Below, piece after piece: positions 52,973 to 64,000 of a stretch of 64,000 nt of DNA. The notes under the pieces were generated by a model. The model was not told the origin of the DNA and made no database searches. It saw nothing but the letters and a program-made list of their open reading frames with translations. The stretch comes from an uncultured Planctomycetaceae bacterium. GTDB lineage: Bacteria > Planctomycetota > Planctomycetia > Isosphaerales > Isosphaeraceae. Numbering within the stretch: position 1 is the stretch's first letter; each line of letters begins with the position of its first letter. Location: NCBI GenBank assembly GCA_963833985.1, contig CAWIAD010000001.1, positions 1,248,001 through 1,312,000 of the forward strand, written 5' to 3'. The position numbers were made by a program, and so were the translations under genes.

Positions 52973-53435
52973 GATCGCAATATCCTGTCAGTGCTCACGG
53001 CTGGCATTTCCCGACACCATCGCGTCGCCGTGAGCGGCAAAGGCTCGATCGACCCGATCGCGTCTCGCATCAGCAACCACTGTCACTTTTCACGGTGCGG
53101 CACGAGCTCAACCTGGCGGAACTGGCGAAAACCAGACCGCCGAGGGAAGGGCTCGACTTTGGCCGGGCAAGAGTCGTCTGGCGGAATCCCTGGGCCGGCC
53201 TGGCACGGCTCCGTGGCGCAGACCTTGAATGGTAGCAACGAAACCCGGTCCGCGTCCAGCGTCAATCCCGGGGGGATTGCGGAGCCCGCCTGATTCCAGA
53301 GGCAGACCGCGGGCTGCCGGGCGCAATTCACGGGCCACCGCAAGCCAGTTTGCCATGCCCTGGATACCCGCGGTCACCCGCGACGGCACCGGATGAGCAA
53401 GCTCGATCACGTCGCACCTGGAGAGCGGATCGCAG

Positions 53436-53954
53436 TCATGCGGTCGTCTTCGGAGCAAGGATCGCCGTCATGCGGCGACCTTCCATCGACGGATTCTTCT
53501 CGAGCTTCCCCACCTCCTCGAGGGCCTGGAGTACTTCCTCCATGACCCTGCGACCCTCATCGATGTGGGCGAGCTCGCGGCCGCGGAACAGCACATTCAC
53601 CAGCACCTTGTCCTTGTGCTCGAGAAACTCGCGAGCTCGCTTCACCTTGACCTCGATGTCATGGTCACCGGTCTTTGGCCGAACCCGGATTTCCTTGACC
53701 TGGATCTGGTGCTGCTTCTGCTTGGAGAGCTTCTTCTTCTGGGTGTACTTGAACTTGCCGTAGTCGATGACCTTGCAGACCGGGGGCCGCTCATTGGGAG
53801 CAACCTCGACCAGGTCCATGCCTGCCTCGCGGGCGGTCTCGAGAGCCTTACTGGTGGGCATCACGCCCAGCATGGCTCCATCGGCACTGATGACTCGCAC
53901 GGGTGAAATGCGAATCTGTTCATTAACCCTCAAACCACGCTCGATCGGTCCGAT
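53436..53954 (-). CDS. infC: Translation initiation factor IF-3 (probable ATC start)
   Basis: [59 protein letters not shown] 5 nt before ATC. Confidence 0.95.
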   Translation of the reverse strand: MGPIERGLRVNEQIRISPVRVISADGAMLGVMPTSKALETAREAGMDLVEVAPNERPPVCKVIDYGKFKYTQKKKLSKQKQHQIQVKEIRVRPKTGDHDIEVKVKRAREFLEHKDKVLVNVLFRGRELAHIDEGRRVMEEVLQALEEVGKLEKNPSMEGRRMTAILAPKTTA

Positions 53955-54098
53955 GACGTCCTCCCCGGGGACGAAAACAAGAATCTGCCTCGCCAAGGCG
54001 GTATGCCATTTGCCGAGCGCCGGCCGCGAATCGGAAACCGAGCGCTGCGGTGACTGACCCCCAAAGCCCGTCTGGCGGTCGCCGCGAGGCAACCCAAA

Positions 54099-54127
54099 TT
54101 TTTACTACCGGAAAGCTGGCCTGTCAA
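54099..54127 (-). promoter_or_regulatory. Putative sigma70 promoter for infC-rpmI-rplT
   Basis: TTGACA-N17-TAAAAA on the minus strand. Confidence 0.55.
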
Positions 54128-54155
54128 GATCCGATGAACATCCGGAGATCCGGAA

Positions 54156-54187
54156 AATCCTGGAATCCTGGAATCCTGGAATCCTGG
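54156..54187 (+). repeat. (AATCCTGG)x4 tandem repeat
   Basis: Four perfect 8-bp units. Confidence 0.9.
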
Positions 54188-54425
54188 AAAAAGTTCGGAC
54201 CGCGTGCCGGATCGGGAGCCGGCGCCGGGACCGGCGCGGCCGCAAAGGCGGGCGGCCGCATCCGGAATGTGGCCCATGCACGGGGGAGGATGGCGGGCCT
54301 GGCCCTCGGACTGGGCCGGAGCACGGCGAGGCCCGGGATCGACCCGGACCTCGATCCGATTCACGGCGACGGGGGCTTCCAGCAACGCCTGCACGGGCCG
54401 AACAGCCCGCGGGAAAGCCCGGGAG

Positions 54426-54498
<73 letters not shown>

Positions 54499-54711
54499 GA
54501 ATCCGCACCGCGAGAGCCGTCACGACTGGTGGCATCGTCCCCCAGGATGCGTCGTCGAGCAACCAGCAGATGCCCGGTCACTGCAGCCCAACGCGCTGAC
54601 CCGCGTGGCGTTGCGTGCCGCGGGCTGGACCCGGGGCCGCACGACATCGCCATCGTTTCCGGCGAGGAAGGGCGACGCAACGTGAAGACGGTCACGCGCT
54701 GCACCGATGCC

Positions 54712-54740
54712 ACGATAGGGCTGAGATGCGGCAATGTCAA
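54712..54740 (-). promoter_or_regulatory. Sigma70 promoter, probably for tRNA-Phe
   Basis: TTGACA-N17-TATCGT on the minus strand. Confidence 0.6.
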
Positions 54741-54946
54741 CAGCGCTCGCCGGATCGGCAGGGCTGCCGGAACGGAGAGTTCCCCTGGATTCTGCCGGGT
54801 CGAGTTCTCACCCGTCGTGGCGCCGGCTTACGGTCTGAGAATGCTGGAGTTCTCTTCTCAGCGAGCGACGTCTTAGGCTTCTCAATGAGCCATCCTGGCA
54901 CGACGGCCGGGTGGGCAGCAGGCCGTGGAAGAGGTGCGTCACACAT

Positions 54947-55783
54947 ATGGATCCTCGATCGCAGAAGAACGCTCGCGAGGTTGAAGAACCTGCCGCGGAG
55001 GCATCGCAGTCCGGCCGTTTTCCGCTGGCGCGGTTGATCCAGCTCATCCTTCTGCTCCAGACCGAACGCTGTCCGAACGCCCGGCGGCTGGCGGAGCTCT
55101 GCGAGGTGAGCCGGCGGACCATCTATCGCGATCTTGCCGCGCTGGCCGAAGCAGGCATCAACGTGCTCTACCGGTCGGACCGCCAGGGATACGAGCTGGC
55201 CCAGAACGTGTTCTTGCACCCCCCGCGGATGGACGAGCGCGAGGCGCTGGCGCTGCTGGTGGCCTGCCGGCAATGGGGCTCGGCCGACGACCTGGGGTTG
55301 AGCCGGAGCGCCAATCAGGCCATCGACAAGCTGGTTCAGAGTCTTCCGGAGGCGATGCGTTCGCGCCTGCTGGCTGCCGCCGAGATCCTTGGCGAGGCCG
55401 CGGATCATCGCGTGTCCTCTGCCGGCCGCAGCGAGAGCGACGACTCGATTCTGCGGGCGCTGAGCGAACGCCGCCAGGTCCGCCTGCGTTATCGCGAACC
55501 GGGCACCGGCTCGACCGAGACGACGAAGCTGGCGATCTATCGCCTGGCCCGGGTGCACGGCTCGTGGTGCCTGGTGGGGCGTTCGACGCGGCACTGCCTC
55601 GTGCTCCTGATTCCGCTCCACCACGTCGAGCAAGTGGAGGTGACCGCTGACACTTACACGATTCCCCCACGGTTCAACCTGGCCCGCTTCCTGAGCCAGG
55701 CGGATACGTCGCCGAACCTGATTCTCTACCCCAGGCCCACCGCAGAGGAGGCCCGGCGAACCCCCGAGTCGCTGGGAAGTTGA
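54947..55783 (+). CDS. HTH_11 + WYL domain transcriptional regulator (YafY/PafB-like)
   Basis: ARRLAELCEVSRRTIYRDLAAL; ERRQVRLRY; GSWCLVG; FNLARFL. Confidence 0.88.
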   Translation: MDPRSQKNAREVEEPAAEASQSGRFPLARLIQLILLLQTERCPNARRLAELCEVSRRTIYRDLAALAEAGINVLYRSDRQGYELAQNVFLHPPRMDEREALALLVACRQWGSADDLGLSRSANQAIDKLVQSLPEAMRSRLLAAAEILGEAADHRVSSAGRSESDDSILRALSERRQVRLRYREPGTGSTETTKLAIYRLARVHGSWCLVGRSTRHCLVLLIPLHHVEQVEVTADTYTIPPRFNLARFLSQADTSPNLILYPRPTAEEARRTPESLGS

Positions 55784-55807
55784 CTCCCGCGCTCGGATTA
55801 CTACAAT
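55780..55807 (+). promoter_or_regulatory. Sigma70 promoter for tRNA-Ile
   Basis: TTGACT-N16-TACAAT, 22 bp upstream of the tRNA. Confidence 0.7.
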
Positions 55808-55829
55808 AGGGGACTCGGATCAAGCATCC

Positions 55830-55903
55830 GGGCGCATAGCTCAGTTGGCTAGAGCGCACCCCTGATAAGGGTGAGGTCGACTGTTCGAATCAGTCTGCGC
55901 CCA
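55830..55903 (+). tRNA. tRNA-Ile(GAT)
   Basis: GGGCGCA/TGCGCCC acceptor stem, CACCC-CTGATAA-GGGTG anticodon arm, GTTCGAATC. Confidence 0.97.
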
Positions 55904-56408
55904 TTCCTGCCATATCTGTTCGGCCTTGCCTGCGCATGTCGTAAACTTACCGTGGCAGGCAACGCCGAGGATGACCTGCCGCGCGGTCCAGACGCTCTCG
56001 ACGAATGAAGAGAGCTGATCCATGAAGACCGCCGGCCCATCCTGGTGAACCTGTGAGCCGTGACACTGGCGGCCACCGTCGCGACCCATGGGATCGAGAG
56101 GCGGTACTGTGAGGGCCGGTCTCGTGGGACAGAACGCCACCGGTCCGGTCGCGTCCGACAAGATTCCGCTCTTGTCACCAGAAGAGAGAATCACCAGGAG
56201 ATTTGAAGAGCCAAGAATGGACTCTGGTCCCACGCGAGTGTTTCAGGGTCAACGGCTGAGGCTCGCCAGCGGCAAGTCCGTTCCAGCGGCCTCTTCCTTT
56301 TGTTCCGCATTCGTGGCCACGAGCAGCGGCCCCTGATTGTTCCCCTTCACTTGTGAGACAGACCCCAGGCCGGGGGAAGGGGCACTGCCCGCTCGCTCCG
56401 GCGGGCCG

Positions 56409-57662
<1,254 letters not shown>

Positions 57663-57680
57663 GATCGGGTCTCCCTTTCA

Positions 57681-59064
57681 TCAAGCGAGCTGGAATTCCG
57701 GGCACAGGAGCACACACTGGAGGGCCTTGCGCAGGCCGTTGACGTCATGGTCGCGATCGGCGGCCAGGATGAGGTCTCTGGATGCGGAGGCGAGGTCGTC
57801 CTGGAGGAGCAGATGGATGAACGCCCCGGCGCCGGCCTCCCGCGTGAGGTTGTGGCTCCCGGCCCAGTCGACCGGGTTGTACGGAGGAACGCCGCGATCG
57901 GGGTTCCCCCAGACGACGTCCGTCGCCCAGTTGAGGCGTTCCAGGATGGTGCTGCTGTTGATCCAGGCTTTGCCCCCGACCCAGCCCTTCACGTTCGGCG
58001 GTGCGAAGAGCTCCTGGCCCTGCTTCGTACAGGCCGTGGCCGCAGCCATCAGGTTGACATTCGGGCGCGAGACCTCGAGCATCCGCAGCAGGCCGATGGT
58101 GAATTCCACGGGCGATTTGATCCGGCGCCGGTACGACGCCCGGGAATAAAAATGCCGGGATCTCAAGATCATGGATATGACGTGATGGATGGAATAGCCG
58201 CTCGAGCGGAGGGCGTCCGCCAGGGGCTCGATCAACCCCGCGGTCGGTTCATTCTCCTCGGCCACGAACGCCCGGTAGAGCTTGCGCGCCAGGTGCCGGG
58301 CGGCTTCGGGGCGTGCCAGGGCGATGCGGACGATGTCGGCGGCCTTCCAGTTGCCGGTCTGGCCAAGGAATGCCTTGGGGCCGAGGTCATGGGCCTCGTC
58401 GTCGAACTCGAAGTTCGGGTTGGCGTCGGCCGGCATCGGGTTTCCGCCCGCGGGCACCCAGCCGGTGAAGGCGCGGGCGGCCTCGCGGATGTCGCGCTCG
58501 GAATAGGCACCTGCACCCAGCGTGAACAGCTCCAGGAACTCGCGGGCGAAGTTCTCGTTGGGCCGCTCGCGGTGGCTGGTACCGCCGTCGAGCCAGACGA
58601 GCATGGCCGGGTCGGCAATCATGGCCTCGAGCAGCCCGGCGAAGCCGCCGAGCGCACCTTTGCGAAGCGTCTCCACCTGGCCGGCCAGGGCGGTCACGCT
58701 GTCCACCTTCGTGAGGCTGGTGGCGAAGTGCCCGTGCCAGAAGAGCGTCAGCCGCTCGCGCAGGGGGTCGTTGCCGAGGAGCATGAGGTAAAGCCAGTAA
58801 GCGCGCAGCCGGCGGGGATCGCTCGAGGCGACGGCCCCTGCGCGGAGGCCTGCGCGGATGGCACGCTCCTCTTCCGAGGGGTCGGTCGGGCTCAGGAACC
58901 GTTCGACGCTCTCGGCCGGCCCGGCGGCGATGTCGCGCTCGAGCTCCGCCCGGGTCGCCCCGAACCCGGCGCGGCGGTGCAGGTGGGCCACCTTGCGCAG
59001 CGTCCCACGGATTGTCGGGCGTGGGCAGGAACGGGTCCCACGCGGTGGTGTCGATCTTCCTCAT
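57681..59064 (-). CDS. DUF1800 family protein (apparent frameshift near 59000)
   Basis: HLHRRAGFG, LFWHGHFATS, PNENFAREFLELFTLG, ARAFTGW, KSPVE, PPNVKGW, PEFQLA. Confidence 0.92.
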
Positions 59065-59067
59065 GGC

Positions 59068-62000
59068 TCACTCCGCCTGGTCGGGTTTGTGGATGACCAG
59101 GACGCCGAGATCCTTCGCCTCGCCTGGTTTGACTGTGAACTCGATCTCCGTCCTGACGGGCTGGTTGAACACGACGATCCGGTAGGTTGCGCCCGGGATC
59201 AGGGTCGGGAAGGTCATGCGGCCTTCTGCCTCGGTTTTCATGTCGCGGTAGCGATCGGGGTCGAGGTTTTCCACGTAGATCGAGTCTGCCTGAAGCGGGC
59301 TGGTCTTGCGGTTGCCGGGGAGGATGTCGCCCCACGAAGCACCCGGCGAGAGCACGAGCTCGAGATGAGCCGTCCTGTGACCCGCGCGAATGGGCTTGTC
59401 CTGAGCATCAACGAGCCGGACGGTCGCCGAGCCGCACGGTTGCAGTGTCACAGCGACGTCCTCCCCCGCCTGCTTGCCCGAGAGCTCGATGGCCGCGCCG
59501 CGCTGGTGCCTGGCGTCCAGGAAGAGGACCGGGGCCGAGGATCCGGGGTCGCAGCCGTTGAGCTCGAAGCGGCCCCCGCGCAGCGTCTTCCAGGCTGGAG
59601 CATGATTGACGCTGATGCCGTTTCTCGAAAGGTACCAGCGGCTCACGAGGACCGCCTCACGGACCGGCTGGCCGCCGGACTCGGTGAGATGACCGCGCAC
59701 CGTGACACCCCGTCGCAACGGGAACTCGACATCAAGGGGACCCTCGCCGGGCTTCGGGCTGAGCTTGCGGAAAGCGTCGGGGTAGTTTCGCGTGTTCGGC
59801 CAGTGGATCTCGCCGGCCAGCTCCACCGACGAGATCTCCTCGTGCAGGTAGTCGGCCGTCGGGCCCTTCACGAGGAGATAGCCGGGCCCCGGCATGATTC
59901 CCAGGCGGAACGTCCCATCGGCGGCCGTGAGCACTCTATGTTCGTCCGGGTTGAAGACCGCGGGATTGCCCTTGATGAAGAAGGGATTGTTGCGCTCGTG
60001 GGCCTGATGATAGACCACCGCGCCGGCGACGGGCCGGCCCGTGCCGGCTTCGGTGACCCGGCCGCGCACCAGGACGCCTTGGGGCAGGGCGATATCCACG
60101 TGCGACCGGACCGAGTCGCCCGGCACCACCAGCTCGCCGCGCATCAGGTAGGAGTCGCCCGCCGGATGAGGCGGAAAGACCTTCATCACGATCGATGCGC
60201 CGGGCGCGGCCTCGAGATGATAGCGTCCCTCCTGATCGGTGGAGAGCTTGGCGTCTCCGAGATACATTCCGATGCCATGCTTATCAGACATCGTTCGCGC
60301 CTCGATCTCTGCCGCGACGGCTGGTGGGCCGTCCTTCCCAAGGGTCACCCGGCCTTCGACGATGTGTGCGCGGCCGAGTGTGAGCGTGGCCGTGCCGGAA
60401 CCCGCCTTGATGTCCAGCCGCAACGCTTGCTTGCCGAATCCCGGCGCGCGGACCTCGAGGGCGGCCATATGGTCGGCCCCATAGCCGCGCACGGTGAACC
60501 GGCCGTCCCGGTCACTGGTCCATTTCCGGGCCAGCGGAGCGGGAAGTTCCTCGGACATCATCTCCGCCCCCAGTCCCGTGCCTCCCGTGGCGGGGTAGAC
60601 GCCAGAGGGCGAGACCTGGGCGCCGGCGATCGGCGAGCCTGTCAGATCAACGAGCCGGACCTCCACGGGCTGCTCAGCGGGGAGCCGGATCGGCTCCTCG
60701 ATGGTGGCGTTCAGGTCGAGAAGCTCCGTCGCCGCGAAGCCACACTCGGGCGCGGCCGCCACCAGGAGGCATGGCCCTTCATCGCTTGGGGGATCACCCA
60801 CCAGCTCGATGCGGAACCGACCCTGCGGATCGCAACGCCCGCGTCCCAGCAGCACGGCCGACGGCCCCTCAGACGCTCTGTACCCCCAGCGGAAGCGGGC
60901 CGCGACCGCGACGACCTCGGCCCCCGCGTGCGGCTTGCCGTCCGGTCCCAGGACCTGGCCGCTGACCACCGGGCGGGGCGTCTCCCGCGCCACCAGGCGT
61001 ACCGCGGCGAGCACTGCCGAGAGACCGAGCACGGCCGCCAGGCACGTGAACACCAGCCAGCGCGAAGGGCCGCGCCGGTTCCGGCGCGCGTCGAGGATGG
61101 CCCGCAGCCGGATTTCCAGTCCGCTTATCCGCGCCATCGCCAGGCCGGCAGGAGCCAGAGTTGGTGCGGGACGCAGCGACCGGGCCACATCGAGAAGCTG
61201 CGCCGCGTAATCCGACGCCCGCTCGCCCGCTTGCAGCACGAGGTCATCGCAGGCTTGCTCGCGCTCGGTCCGCAGCCGGGAAGCCGCCCACCAGGCAAGC
61301 GGATTGAACCAGTACGCCGCGCAGGCCGCCAGCCCCAGCCACTGAGTGAGACAGTCACGACGCCGGACGTGCGCCAGTTCGTGCAAGAGCACGGCCCGGC
61401 GCCGCTCCTGCGGCCACTCGTCGGCTTCTTCGGGAAGCAGCAGCACGGGCCGCATGACGCCCCAGGTCAGCGGCATCAGCGCCCGTCCGCCGCGCAGCAA
61501 GATCACATGTCGCCGGGTTCGCAGCCGTTCGGCCGCCTCGCAGAGCGCGCTGGCCCAGGACGAGTCGGTCATGCGCTCCGCGTGGCGTTCCAGCCGCCAG
61601 GTCGATGCGTAGCCGGCCGCGCCCCAGGCGAGGACGGCCAGCGTTCCGGCCAACCAGGTCAGGAGCGGCCAGGAGAAGGAGAGCCGGCTCGCGCCCGCGA
61701 CGCGGGACGGCACCGAGAGCACCTCCGTGGTGGCAGAGCTGGTGGTTTGCGGAACGACCGGGACCGCGACGACGGCCTCCTGCACCAGCCTGGCAGGCCG
61801 CGCCGCCGGCTCAGGAGCCGAGATCGTGCCGGATCCGGATCGGCCGGGCGGATCGAGGAGGGGCACTCCCCAGTCCGGCATCGCGAGGGCCAGCGGCAGC
61901 ACGGCCAGCGCCCCGGCGAGCCCCAGGCACCAGACCAGATGCCTCGTCGCCGCGGACCTGCGTCTCATGGCGAGCGCCGCGAGCCCGGCGCCGGCCAGGA

Positions 62001-62088
62001 CACCGGTCGCCTTGAGTGCGCAGGTGAGCCCCGTCATCACGCCACCGGCACCCAGATCGCTGAGGATGCTCCACGGATCGTCCATCAC
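59068..62088 (-). CDS. BlaR1/MecR1-like M56 metallopeptidase with long extracytoplasmic carboxypeptidase-regulatory-like repeats
   Basis: RRRSAATRHLVW, HELAHVRRRD (HExxH), YWFNPLAW, EQACDD, LEIRLRAIL. Confidence 0.92.
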   Translation of the reverse strand: MMDDPWSILSDLGAGGVMTGLTCALKATGVLAGAGLAALAMRRRSAATRHLVWCLGLAGALAVLPLALAMPDWGVPLLDPPGRSGSGTISAPEPAARPARLVQEAVVAVPVVPQTTSSATTEVLSVPSRVAGASRLSFSWPLLTWLAGTLAVLAWGAAGYASTWRLERHAERMTDSSWASALCEAAERLRTRRHVILLRGGRALMPLTWGVMRPVLLLPEEADEWPQERRRAVLLHELAHVRRRDCLTQWLGLAACAAYWFNPLAWWAASRLRTEREQACDDLVLQAGERASDYAAQLLDVARSLRPAPTLAPAGLAMARISGLEIRLRAILDARRNRRGPSRWLVFTCLAAVLGLSAVLAAVRLVARETPRPVVSGQVLGPDGKPHAGAEVVAVAARFRWGYRASEGPSAVLLGRGRCDPQGRFRIELVGDPPSDEGPCLLVAAAPECGFAATELLDLNATIEEPIRLPAEQPVEVRLVDLTGSPIAGAQVSPSGVYPATGGTGLGAEMMSEELPAPLARKWTSDRDGRFTVRGYGADHMAALEVRAPGFGKQALRLDIKAGSGTATLTLGRAHIVEGRVTLGKDGPPAVAAEIEARTMSDKHGIGMYLGDAKLSTDQEGRYHLEAAPGASIVMKVFPPHPAGDSYLMRGELVVPGDSVRSHVDIALPQGVLVRGRVTEAGTGRPVAGAVVYHQAHERNNPFFIKGNPAVFNPDEHRVLTAADGTFRLGIMPGPGYLLVKGPTADYLHEEISSVELAGEIHWPNTRNYPDAFRKLSPKPGEGPLDVEFPLRRGVTVRGHLTESGGQPVREAVLVSRWYLSRNGISVNHAPAWKTLRGGRFELNGCDPGSSAPVLFLDARHQRGAAIELSGKQAGEDVAVTLQPCGSATVRLVDAQDKPIRAGHRTAHLELVLSPGASWGDILPGNRKTSPLQADSIYVENLDPDRYRDMKTEAEGRMTFPTLIPGATYRIVVFNQPVRTEIEFTVKPGEAKDLGVLVIHKPDQAE

Positions 62089-62145
62089 CCTGGCCCTCCG
62101 AGGTTGACTCGAGACACCTTCACAGACAGGAGTTACCCGGTGCGC

Positions 62146-64000
62146 TCAAGCCCCGTCAGTCTTCACCCGTACATCTCCCAGATCCATCGTCTGGCCCGGC
62201 TCGACCGTGAAGTCGCGCCAGCGGTGCGCGTGACCCGACCTGCCGCGCGTGTATTCGTAGGTCCGGTAAGTGGCACCCGGTATGAGCGCCGGGAGCGTGA
62301 TGTGCCCGTCGCGGTCTGCCTTGGGGCCGCTCCAGTAGTTTTGCCGGTCGACGTTGGCGTAGATCTCCTCGTCGGCCGCAAGCATGGCTCGCTCGGCATC
62401 GGTCAGCGTGTCGCCGCCGAAGTCGGTACCAGGGCCCGGCGTGCCCACGACTTGCAGGGGCAGTGTCCCCTTCGCGACTGGACGGCCATTCTCGTCGACC
62501 AGCCGGGCCGTCGCTGCACCGAGAGGCTGAAGCCTCACGGTCAGCGGCCGATCGGCCGCCATGGCAGCGTTCACGTCGATCGTCGCACCCCATCCGTCCT
62601 TGACATCGAGGAACGAGCATTTGTAGTGACCATCAGGCGCCAGGCCATGCAGCTCGAAGCGGCCGTCGCGCACGGGGATTGTGAAATCACCGCGCCAGAA
62701 TGTATGGAAGGGGGAGATGGAGAGCGTGGTGATGATCTCCGCGCTGGCCACCGTCTGGCCATCCGGCCCCACGACCAGGCCCTCGACCGTGACACCGGGC
62801 TTCAGGGCGACATCCGTGGCCAGCGGGGGCTGCCCCTGCTTGACCTCGTAAGGCACGAAGGCATGAGCATAGTGGCGCCGGCCGCCGGGCTTGCCTCCTT
62901 CGATCTCCCGGCTCCCTTTCATCTCGTGGACGAAGTCCGCCGTGGCCCCGTAGACCAGAAGCTGGCCCTTGCCGGGCGCCACGGCGATGGCGTAGCGGCC
63001 GTCGGGGCCGCTGGTGATGGCCGCCTGCCAGCCGGGAATGGTGCCCTTCCCCGCAACAACGTTCGACTGGCCGTTCTCGTAAAAGACGCTGGCACCGGCC
63101 AGGGGACGATTGCTGCCGCGCTCGGTGATGCGGCCGGTCAGCAGCACGCCGCGCGGCACATTCAGGTTGATCTCGCGCGTGCAGCCCCCTCCTCGCCCTC
63201 GAAGTTTCGCTCGAAGATCAGGTAGGGAGACCCTGCCGGGGGGTATACCGTGACGCTCACAAACTTTCCGGAATGTGGCAGGGACTCGTATCGGCCGTCC
63301 GCGCCGGTGCGCGACTCGTCGGAACCCTTGCTGAACAGGTCCTTGCCAGATCCGACCACCACGAGGGCGCCGGCAAGCGGTGCGCCGGTGTCGGCACAGA
63401 TGGCCCGGCCCCAGACGCGCATCGCCGGCTGAACGGCGAGGGTGGTACGCTTGGGACCGTTGCTGGCGTTGTTCTCGATGCCCAGGGACTGGTGCGCGAG
63501 CTTGGGGCCCGCGAGCTTCAGGCTCACGGTCACGCCGCGCCCGATACCCGCGAGATGAATCCAGCCGTCGGCATCGCTGGTCATCGAGCTGGGCCAGATG
63601 CCATCCAGCCCTTCGATGAGGCCCCTGGGAAAGTACACCCCGTCATAGCGGCCGCCATCCTGCGCGGGCACGCCCATGCCCGTCACCTGAACCGTGGCAC
63701 CGGCCGCCGGGGCTCCTTGCAGGTCGACGAGCCGGGCTTCGATGAGCTGCTCGGGCCTGAGCCGCACGTCGGCCGCGGGTGCCAGGGCGTCACGATTCAT
63801 CTCGGCCCAGCCCAGGGCGAACCCGGGCCGGGAGGCCAGGGCGTACAGCTCATAATGCGTGAGCGACGAGGTTCGCGGCACCTCGAGGAGGAACCGGCCG
63901 TCGCCGCCGGCCTCGCCGCGACCGAGCACGGCATGCTGGTCTGCCGACCGGGCGGTGAGCGCCGCCAGCTTGCGCCGCGCCAGGATGACCACCTTTGCTC
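62146..64000 (-). CDS. C-terminal part of a protein with the same repeat-domain tail as the downstream M56 protein (frameshift near 63165; runs off right edge)
   Basis: [53 protein letters not shown]. Confidence 0.8.

Noticed and set aside
53103..53155. SRP (4.5S) RNA
   Set aside because: Lacks the conserved CAGG...GGAA...AGCAG domain IV signature on either strand.
58858..63225. 1455-aa ORF on the + strand
   Set aside because: Antisense shadow of the M56 and repeat-tail genes in high-GC DNA; no recognisable motifs.

Overview
GC-rich bacterial DNA. The gene families (DUF1501/DUF1800, DUF1080, HEAT-repeat and GYF_2 proteins, Ser/Thr kinases, M56 proteins with long repeat tails) point to a Planctomycete, probably Isosphaeraceae-like; this is inference. 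Many otherwise conserved genes, including glnA, carry single-base frameshifts, most simply explained as long-read indel errors. Layout: (1) the 5' part of glnA, divergent from a ~12 kb group 1h (high-affinity, 'atmospheric H2' type) [NiFe]-hydrogenase operon. The operon includes a translationally coupled FNT channel and a signal-peptide-less YceI protein, and has only a 32-codon remnant where hypA is expected. (2) tRNA-Pro, rpiA, deoC. (3) An accessory zone (17-23 kb) with REP-carrying MITE-like elements, a toxin-antitoxin mosaic and an ISAs1 remnant lying between a YciI/DGPF gene and an ECF42-type sigma factor. (4) Hydrolase, kinase, oxidoreductase and membrane genes, including a decayed ECF sigma upstream of a zinc-finger kinase. 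(5) A REP-flanked hypothetical gene whose right REP is interrupted by an IS231-like IS4 element with a 20-bp direct repeat. (6) An APC permease, infC-rpmI-rplT, tRNA-Phe, a WYL regulator and tRNA-Ile. (7) DUF1501/DUF1800 and BlaR1/M56-like genes. All family assignments come from motif recognition by eye; no searches were run.
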